A stretch of DNA of 64,000 nt, taken from the NCBI GenBank assembly GCA_028534125.1, contig CM052817.1, forward strand, positions 73,906,001-73,970,000, read 5' to 3'. Of the stretch, positions 10,380 to 19,412 are shown in pieces. The number at the start of each line of letters is the position of its first letter. Position 1 is the first letter of the stretch. The DNA is from Lama glama. Lineage: Eukaryota. A program made the translations under genes and the position numbers. A model generated the notes under the pieces. That model was given only the letters and a program-made list of their open reading frames with translations, had not been told where the DNA came from and searched no databases.

Positions 10380-12721
10380 GTAAAATCTCCTCTGCTCTAT
10401 TCCTTGCCCACCTGTAACAAAGCTACACACCTTTGTTTCCATTTCTCTGATGACTTACGTTTTCACTGCAAAACAAAAAGGGTCGCCAAGTTAATTAACC
10501 TGGGCCATGTGAAGCCCTCAGTCCCTTTTAAAATCTGGAAACCAGTGAATCTTGAAAAAGATGATGCATAGTTCCTGTTCTAGCTACTTGACTGTAAGCC
10601 CTCATTTTATAGTCATAAACCATTTTGCTAAGAAAAATGAACACTGGGGTGAAACACTGTACCTGACGTAGCTTTTCAAAATTAGTTCTCTTAGGCATGA
10701 AGAAAGCCCGTGACGGGGATGAACTGAGCCTCAGGTGAGACGGCCAGCCAGGGCGCAAGTGCCAGACCTGCACCCCTAAGTCTGTCCGTGTCTGTCTCTG
10801 CCGTCAGGACGGACACACAGACTGCGGGTGTCGGGTGGGCTCTACCTCCCAAAACAAATTTTTCTTATTAGAGGAAGGATTATTTCCAAGTGAGATCTTC
10901 TATTTATTTTAAGAATGACAGGAAAAAGACATTATGCCTAAAGTGATGGCTGGTTCTAAGTGTCAGAAAATCAATAGTGGCATGAGATCTGCATCACCGT
11001 CTTTCCTTCTTTGTCGTCAGTGAGTTTTGACATTGTCCGGAGGGGTGGAGACCATCTTAAGAAACTCATTCAAACCATTTATTCTCAAAACATGGTCTGG
11101 GTGGTTCATATCCCTCAGTTTTAACTGGAGGACTTGATCCCTGCTTCCTCAGAACTCCTGAATCAGGATGAATCCCAGGCTGGGGAGGGGGACAAGAGTC
11201 TGCATTTTCTGTTTCTCCCTAGAGGACTCTCATACCCTCCCCTCACAAAGTGTGAGAATCTGTTTGAATTAAACTTAACTTAATGTAGATTAAATTAGAT
11301 AGTATTTTTCATTTTTGAGCTCAAAAACTGTGTATGTGTCAAGGTTTTTTTAAAGCATGAATATATGTCTCAGTAGGGAAGAATAAGTTATATGAAAGAA
11401 TTAAAGTGTGATGCAACATATCTTTGGGCTTGAAATTTTTTTTTTCACTATGAGTGTGACATCTGCTGACAGGATTTATCTAAAATCACAACTAAAATTA
11501 GGAGAGTTCCCGGCAGATGAGAACTATTCTCTGATTTTGGCAGTTATCTTAAATGATGAATTCATCCCATGAATGGATTTATATTCCAAGTTTGCCTTTG
11601 TGCAGAATTACTCATCTCTCAAGTTCTTGGCTTAAGTGAATTCTAGTGAAAATGTTTCATAGATGCTGTCTGACTTAAACGTTGCCAATTTCAGTCTCAG
11701 AATCTAACTGAAGTATAGGTTAAAAACAGTTACCTGCATAATTCATACATTTAATCTGTTCTATGCATATAAATAAACTTTGATAAGTCGTTCTGTTTCA
11801 TTCTTTATACAGGCCTGTTCTGCTTATTCTTGTTGAATTTCCAGTTATCTCTCCAGCTTCCTTTTTTGACCCTTAACCTCTCATAACCCTGACTTGAGGA
11901 TCCAATTTCAATCATTTTCCTTGCTGACCATATTTCCAGGCAGCAGATTCTTGAGTGTATTTAAAGTATAACCTGCTTTGGAACTTACACGTTTTCCTTT
12001 AGCAGGAAAGAATATAGAAATATAAGTGGTATTTTAGTATGTTGAGAAAAAATTTTTTTTAAATAGCATTCCATTAGGAAAGAGTGATTCGATATATGGC
12101 TCCCAAGACATGTTCTAATCTAAAATTATGTTCTTAGCTCTGGCTCTGGCTTTGGGCCAGACCCATAAAATTGGCTTGACCTCTGCACCTCAGCTTCTCT
12201 ACAGAATGAGTTTAATACTGTCCATAGCCTGCCTTCCTTGCTGGCAGGGAAATGCACTGCTGGCCAGATAATAGCCACAGGAAGTTTTGACTTCCTGCAG
12301 AAAGTCCTGCTACAAGCATAAGACATTTCTTTACCTTTGGGTGAATCATTCTGAGCCTCAGCCCTAGTGTCCGTGGCTTTATTGTGCTGCTTAGGGCCCA
12401 TGTTTACATTTGGTTCTACCTCAGGAGATTAAGTCCAATAAATAATGTGGGGAAGCTGTTTATTTCCTCTGACAGATTTTGACAGATGGGTGCTCAGAAA
12501 GCTCTCAGAATTCCAGAATTTTCTTTTTTCATTCAGTGAACAAAAAGCTATCTTCTCACTGAAGTTGGAGCCTCACATGCACTGTTTTCACCCTTGCTGG
12601 CTTTTTCACCAAAGCCTCCTTGAATAAAACTTTCAGAAACCAGTGTGAGCTAAAGCAGAAACCAGTAGTGAAGACATTCCTTAGTGCGATAAACAAAACA
12701 ATGCTTCCGTGCTTCCACCAG

Positions 12722-12814
12722 GAGCTCACAGAGGAATTAGGTGAGCTGGAGGCCAGCTCAGATGAGGAGGCGATGCTAACTACCAGGGTTGTCCGCCGGC
12801 GAGTGATTATTCAG
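12722..12814 (+). CDS. ANK2: ANK2 alternative (muscle/heart-type) cassette exon, 93 nt, first obscurin-binding site
   Basis: gcttccaccag|GAG CTC...; ELTEELGELEASSDEEAMLTTRVVRRRVIIQ; donor CAG|gtacca; phase 0-0. TRVVRRRV motif is shared with the ANK1 obscurin-binding region. Confidence 0.92.
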
Positions 12815-13297
12815 GTACCAGCAGTTCAGTTACTGCACGTCCGGGACGCTTGTGTCCCCGTAACCTATGGAGAGTGACTGACCTGGAGCAGAGGGCTCGG
12901 CATGCTCCTCGGGTAGTGCATGGCCTTTAGAAAGCAGACTCCTTCACCCTCCCAAGCTATGTTTCTAAAGAAATGCAGCATTAATGATACAGCCTACCTC
13001 CAAGAGAGCAAGCAGCAAGAGCAAGATTTCGCCTCTTCAGTTCCACCCACCTCACCTCTGGCTTGTCTGTTTTTGTTTTTTGTTTAAATTTTAGCTAACT
13101 TTGATCAGATTTTCTAGCATGTTATTATCTACCTTTTTTTTTCTTTTAAACATACTACTTGACAGGATTTGGCATCTCAGCAATGCTTCTCAAAGCTCCT
13201 TTAATTTTCTAACATTCCTTGCATTATAAGCACCTGGGAGTAGTTCCTCAGCATTGATGCCAAACAGAGAAGTGACCCTTTTCTCTTAATTGTTTAG

Positions 13298-13381
13298 GGA
13301 GAGGATATGCCTGACATACCTCCAGAATCAGTCACTGAAGAAGAATACGTTGATGAGCGCGGACACACTGTGGTGAAAAAG
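13298..13381 (+). CDS. ANK2: ANK2 exon (84 nt)
   Basis: ttgtttag|GGA GAG GAT...; [28 protein letters not shown]; donor AAG|gtatta; phase 0-0. Confidence 0.96.
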
Positions 13382-13492
13382 GTATTATCTTCAGTATCAT
13401 AACTTAGTTGATTTCTAAACCTCCTGTCTAAAATGTACTAGAACCCGGCACTGTCACTCAAAAACAAGATGCATGAATACAATATCTTCCAG

Positions 13493-13657
13493 GTTACTAG
13501 GAAAATCATTAGGCGGTACATATCTTCTGATGGCGTAGAGAAAGAAGAGATTACGATGCAGGGAATGCCACAGGATCCTGTCAACATTGAGGAAGGGGAT
13601 GGCTATTCCAAAGTCATAAAGCGCATCGTACTGAAGAGTGACATGGAACAGTCAGAG
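13493..13657 (+). CDS. ANK2: ANK2 exon (165 nt), second obscurin-binding site
   Basis: atcttccag|GTT ACT AGG...; [55 protein letters not shown]; donor GAG|gtgaga; phase 0-0. Confidence 0.97.
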
Positions 13658-14655
13658 GTGAGACCATCTGATTCTCCAGAACGGACTTTATGGAGAGGTA
13701 TAAAGTCGAGCTCACAAGAGAGGGACGAGATTGTTTATTCCTACTGGCCTCACTTCTCCCATCCATAAGGCAGTCTGCGTTCAGTTAACACATTCATTTT
13801 TTGTTTCATGATTTTGTGGAATGTTTAAATAACCATCAGGGAGATTTGTAACCATTGTACTCATTGTCTTTGTTTGGTCCTTTTTATTTCTTTTTGCTCT
13901 TTAATTCATACTTGACCACAGCAGAAATCCAAAAGTCAGATTTTAAAAGACTAGAATCCCACCGGCTAGCGAGCAGTAAGTTCTGAAAAAGCCCTGTGCA
14001 GACGCACCCAGTCTGCGTAGCAGCCTTCTTTCTGGCACTGCAGATAAAGGTTTGGTTTTCAAACTTCTGCATTTCAGAGTCACTAAAACCAGGATCCAGA
14101 AACTCCTTGACTTAGAGTTTTATCTCTTCCTGTTTTACTTCCCTCTTTCAGAAACGTATTTACTCTCTTCGACATGTAATTTGTGACATTATCACTGCCT
14201 TGCATTCATTCAGATCCTGAAAGTGATATTATTATACACATGAGATTCTCTACAAATCTACATTTTCAGTTTTTCCTATCTCTGAGAGTTCCTCCTTTGG
14301 AGGTTCATTTTATCTTCACAAGGCCAAAACAAACCACTTAGACATGGGAAAAGAGGGTTCAGGCCCAGGGCGCTATGTCTGTGTTGCACTGAGCAGTCAG
14401 CTTCTTAGTCAGAAAACTTCCTGACCGATTTTCATTCAGGTGACTAATTAAGTGGTTGATTTGGTGCTGGGTAGTTGCAGTCATTATATAGACATGACCA
14501 GCCAATTATAGATTTTTTTTCTAACTCTTTTACAAAATACTGTTTTCAGTGTATACCATTGTAGTGTATGCGTATGTTTTATCTTAATGGAAAAATTCAT
14601 CATTGTTACATTTTGGCAGTCAGAAACTGTATTCTGTGTGTCCTTCATTCATCAG

Positions 14656-14838
14656 GTCACTGTGTCTGAGCCCAGCCTTTTGTGCAGTACTTCACAATTT
14701 CAGGCTGAACCTGTGGAAGGCCGTAGAGTCAGCAAAGTTGTTAAAACAACTATGGTACACGGAGAGAGGATGGAGAAGCATCTGGGGGATTCTAGCTTAG
14801 CCACTGATCTTCCTTCAGCCAAAGATGACTTTGAAGAG
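14656..14838 (+). CDS. ANK2: ANK2 alternative cassette exon (183 nt)
   Basis: tccttcattcatcag|GTC ACT...; VTVSEPSLLCSTSQFQAEPVEGRRVSKVVKTTMVHGERMEKHLGDSSLATDLPSAKDDFEE; donor GAG|gtatag; 61 codons, phase 0-0. Confidence 0.88.
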
Positions 14839-14855
14839 GTATAGAAGCATCATCC

Positions 14856-14882
<27 letters not shown>
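14856..14882. repeat. (TG)13 microsatellite
   Basis: Directly visible, 17 nt after the 183-nt exon donor. Confidence 0.97.
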
Positions 14883-14886
<4 letters not shown>

Positions 14887-15365
14887 ATGCTTTGTGTTTG
14901 AGAAGAACATGATATGATTTATTGTTGTGTCACTATATATGTTCATGGATGGGTGCAGGATAATTTAAGAGAGTAGAATTCCCGTTTGACTGACATACAC
15001 AGTGAAATAATATTTTCCTCAACTTATGGTGTTAATTCGTGCCACCTGAAGAGTTCTAAAAAAAATCCAGTTAACCAGGATTCTCTCGAATCCTGAGTCA
15101 GAATCAGAATCTCCAAAGTTGAGACATGATTGTACATCTTGCCTAAAAGTCCCAGAAGTGACTTGCACTCCCAATTAGTAAGGGAAAGAAATGTTGCAAA
15201 TTATCTTTCCTAGTTGATAGTCTCAGATGTTTCCAGTGATAGGCATTACAGAAGATCCAAATATATTTTATACCCAGAGATGTTTTAAACAAGCATTTGT
15301 AATTATTTAAGCTCTAATTTCCAATAATTAGGAAATGGGTCCAAAATAACATCCATAAACACTTA

Positions 15366-15690
15366 CTACAATTCAAAAATCCCCAAATTCTGAAAACCAA
15401 AACAAATTTTGTGAGTTAGTAGCAAGCTACTTTGAAAGTAAAACTTAATGGGAACTGACATGAGGCTGTAATGACTTGGTGTCTTTTTATTCTACTAGAG
15501 TGAATATTCATGTTTTGCTGTTGCTGTATTAATGGGTTTGATTACAGGATGCTCTCCCCATGCCATCTGGGATATTAGAATATACAGTATATACATCATA
15601 TTACCTTTCTAAAATCCCAAAGGAAAAGAAATTTGATCTCTGAAACACATTTGGCCTCAAGAGTTTCAAGTAAGGGATGGTGGGCATGTA
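15366..15690 (-). mobile_element. TcMar-Tigger non-autonomous element (MER46C-like)
   Basis: attacctttctaaaatcc...gaaacacatttggcctcaagagtttcaagtaagggat...gta matches the MER46C end as recalled. Confidence 0.75.
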
Positions 15691-16243
15691 CAAACATCTG
15701 TAAAACACTCTTTTCTGTTGAAACATTTTGAAGTTAAATGTTACATGTTTGTCCTCTTTCATACCCACAGTATGTGTTGAGGTTATGTATGAATGCACTG
15801 GGATATTAAGAGCAAACCTTATTTTAAATACTTTTAGTTCTTCACATTTTGACAGCTGGTGGCCTTGGACAATCAAATGATCAATTATCTGAGTTCTACG
15901 GTTTGGGCTTTATTTGTTTGTTGCTTGTTTTTGCTTCTGGTCATAATTCATTAAATTTATAATTAGAGTCTGCACTATAGAAAGGAATTGGGTGAGGCAA
16001 GGAGGAAATTAGAAGTCAACCAGTATAGTTAACGACACTTGTAAAGTAATACAACAAATGGGAGGAATATAACAGACTTGTTAAATAAAACTCAGTACTT
16101 AGATCTGCTCCTAACAATTGTTTTTCTTTATCCTCTCAAGCATATATTTTCATACTGACTACTCATTAAGCAAAGTAATAGATTATGTTAAAATCTATGG
16201 TTTATGATGGGCTTTGTCTTCTTTTTTTTCCCCCTCACTTTAG

Positions 16244-16335
16244 GCTTTGAGCTACACAGGTAGCCACATGAAAGTCCACTCCCCCAGTTTAGTAGAGAAT
16301 GAAGTCCTGAAGGAGGATGGATCAATAATTAGAAG
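16244..16335 (+). CDS. ANK2: ANK2 alternative frame-shifting cassette exon (92 nt)
   Basis: Long pyrimidine tract ending cactttag|GCT TTG AGC...; ALSYTGSHMKVHSPSLVENEVLKEDGSIIR(R); donor AGAAG|gtttgg; phase 0-2. Confidence 0.85.
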
Positions 16336-18194
16336 GTTTGGGTTAGCATGGGGTGATGCTTTGCCAACTAACACCTGTAAAAAGTTTTCTAATTTCAGGG
16401 AAAGGAAAATAGAGCCCCTGCATACACCCAAAGGCCCCTTGGAAACTGCAGACTCTCCCTGCAGTCTAAGGCTTCTGTCAAGAGGTGGATCTGGCACTGT
16501 GCCATACCGGAAGTGTCCTTTTGATGCTTTACAAGTAAGACTAAGGCATGATGATAGTCAGATGACTGTTTACACAGTCACTCCCTGTGTTTTCAGCAAG
16601 TCATCAGTTTCATTGAGACCAACCAGCTGGGATATTCCATAGTGTTGATAGATTTGGAGAGCATTGTAAGAGGACTCTAATCAGTTGCTCACAAATTAAT
16701 CTTGTGACCAACTGCCTTCAGCTCAATCTTGATAAATCATTCCTTTGAATGGCGTATGCTTTTTCATTTGTTTGAAGCAAGCTGTTTCATGGTTCTGCAT
16801 GTGAGTGGCCAATAACACGAGCATGAGTTTGATACCCATGAACCTAAATGTACCCAGTGATGCTGAAACCAGGGGCTGTAATAAGTTACCAAAATATCAT
16901 AAAAGCAGTTGGTGGCTCATAATTGTGCATATGAGAGGATCTGGCTGTGAGGCTCTCTGGTCCGCCCCCATCCTCTTCACCTATTTAATGTGTGAACTTG
17001 GGCACTGTTGCCTTGGTCTGCCCTCACTTTTCTGAGCCTCTAGCAGCACTGTAAGCATTAATAAAATGTTCTCAGCTTCGCAGTGAAAAGACACAATGGG
17101 AATTGAAGTTACTATTGTGCTTTTCACTTCATTGAAGAGAAAGATTGTCATTTATAGTACTCTACCAAGCTATGTTTTAGCCTGTAGAACATAATAATTA
17201 GAACAGTGAAATTAAAGGTTCTGTCACAGTTCTACCCTCCAAACACATGTGAAAAACAACCCCAGCTAGGAATTTAAGAGAGTAATTGCTCACAGAGCTT
17301 TAAAAGTGCTACATGAATTAAGGATAAAGTGCTTTTTATACTCTGAACTTTTAAGTCTTTTATCCAGTTGTTCAGATGGAACCACATAAACCACGCACAC
17401 CCTGGCATCATGAGATCTTCAAATGGGGATAGATTTAGAGACCAATTAATTCAAAATTCTCAGTGACGGCTAGTGAATTTGAATCCAGGGATACAGACAT
17501 TTCAGTCCAGTCCCAGAGCTACTTAGTTATGGGAGACAATTTGTGATCTACAGCATTTTATCTTATATGTCGCTGAACACATTTTATCATACCCACAGCT
17601 CCCCTGAGATATCTACAAGTAAATTCATCCCGTTGCTTGAGTCGGATACATGTGCATGTGCATAAACACATTCATCTACATACTTGGGCACAAGATACCA
17701 GGGAATGTCCTCTCCTCTGACAGAAGCTTAACCCCCAACACCAATGCCTTGGGTGTTTCTACCAGCTTTTGGCAGAAATAGTCACATATTTGCCTTTTTG
17801 GAGAAAAGACTGTATATGGGTGCTGAATGGTTAGAAAACATACCCTGATTTCAACCACTGGAACTAAATTAGACAATTTTATCCAAAGGAACAAATTAAA
17901 GTTTGCTCTTAGATACAAAATAATTCACATGTAGAATCGGAGGTAAGAGAACACGAGAGGAGGGGATGAGCCGTCCAAAGGAAAGCTGGACGCGTTTTGG
18001 CTGAAGTCAGCCATTTTCTAAAACTCAAGGTGATTTTAACAAATGCAGAGCAGTATTGGAAGGGAGAGTAATGATGAGGGCAGCCCCCAGCCCGAGCCTC
18101 CAGCCTCCAGACACTAGGCATCCACAAGGAAAATGCTGGGTAAAGCTAGGAAAACGGATCCTTCCGACAGCAGCGTAAAGCATGACGCTGTGCA

Positions 18195-18370
18195 GCCTGA
18201 CTTAAGGATTCAAGCTCTGGAATCTTTGACTCTTGGCCCAGCTGCATATTAACTGGGTTATTTTTCACTTGGAGCTCTGCTTAAATTCTCTGAGATCCAG
18301 TTTCCTGATTTGTTACTATAATAATAGCACCTGGCCTATAAGACACGTTCACCATATCTTTGTGGAATGA
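18195..18370 (+). mobile_element. MIR SINE (degenerate)
   Basis: ttaaggattcaagctctggaatc...ttctctgagatccagtttcctgatttg...taatagcacct. Confidence 0.55.
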
Positions 18371-19228
18371 AAAAGCATTATTTCCAAGTAGAGAGGGAAC
18401 GACTCACAAGAGAATCCCTTTCAGGTAAGAACACAGGAAAACAGACAGTACCGATACCCTCGGACGTCAGAACCCCTTCTCTCAAGCAACCACCGGTCTG
18501 ATGAGGGGGCCGAGAAAGCCGCAGACTGCCGAGTGGCCGTGGGAGGCATAAAGCGGGCCTGGAGCATGGGCTCTGAGGGGACGGCGGAGAGATTTGTGTC
18601 TCGGTGGTTTCCCTTTTCCTCCCCTCCCTCTCCATCTCCAGATGAGGCTGCAGGAGCCCGGGCAGACCTTCACCTCCTGCTGGTAGTCATCTTCCCGTCT
18701 ATTGATAGGGTCATCTTGCAGTTTTTATAGGTCTATGCCATGTGGAAAAGTTCTCTGAGAACACTTTCAGGGAGTTGGGAAGTGACTTATGGGTTAAGCT
18801 GGAAGCTGTGGTGTTTTAAAGAAATTCAATTAAAAACTATTTTCTGTACCCTGTCAAAAAGTGTGTATGGAATAGCTATTTCAGAAGGAGCCACGTTCTC
18901 TTACATCAGCTCACCCTAATCAAAACATGAATGAGCCTATGGTTACTTTTTGAGAGAATCATATGAAAGCATGGTTTCACTTACTTGAAATATTTCTTAA
19001 GGTTAAAAAAAATACTCCTTGTTCCAAAACACTTGAAAAAAATCTCACGGGTCAGTGAAGATGGGGGAGAATGTGGCAGTAGTTGTTACACTAGCCCCTG
19101 GTATAGAAATACCTAGGGGTCAGACAGGAAGCACTACCTTCATGTCATGGGTCCCCTCTTACCAAAGGTAGCAGCTGCCTGTTAGCAGTGAAGAAAGAGC
19201 ATGATATTCTCTTGTCTCTTCCCTCCAG

Positions 19229-19243
19229 GACAACCATGAGTAA
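19229..19243 (+). CDS. ANK2: ANK2 terminal exon, canonical short frame (DNHE*)
   Basis: tcttccctccag|GAC AAC CAT GAG TAA; corresponds to the human C-terminus ...EQSEDNNE. Confidence 0.93.
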   Translation, partial: DNHE

Positions 19244-19412
19244 AGCTAGAACCCAGAAGAGGGCTGTGGTGAAGGACCAGCACGGAAAACGCGTTTACTT
19301 GGAGCACCTGGAGGATGTCCCAGAAGCACTAGACCAGGACGACCTCCAGCACGACCTCCAGCAACTCCTTAGGCACTTCTGCAAGGAGGACTTGAAGCAA
19401 GAGGCCAAATGA
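19229..19412 (+). CDS. ANK2: ANK2 terminal exon, alternative long frame
   Basis: After the phase-2 92-nt exon, AG|G ACA ACC ATG... gives RTTMSKARTQKRAVVKDQHGKRVYLEHLEDVPEALDQDDLQHDLQQLLRHFCKEDLKQEAK*, with TGA at 19410-19412. Confidence 0.85.

Noticed and set aside
13382..13492. 111-nt intron (multiple of 3) as a possible in-frame retained intron
   Set aside because: In-frame TAA at the 7th codon (GTA TTA TCT TCA GTA TCA TAA).
18378..18745. GC-rich ORFs suspected to be a processed pseudogene
   Set aside because: No translation resembles a protein I recognise; no poly(A) tail or TSD.
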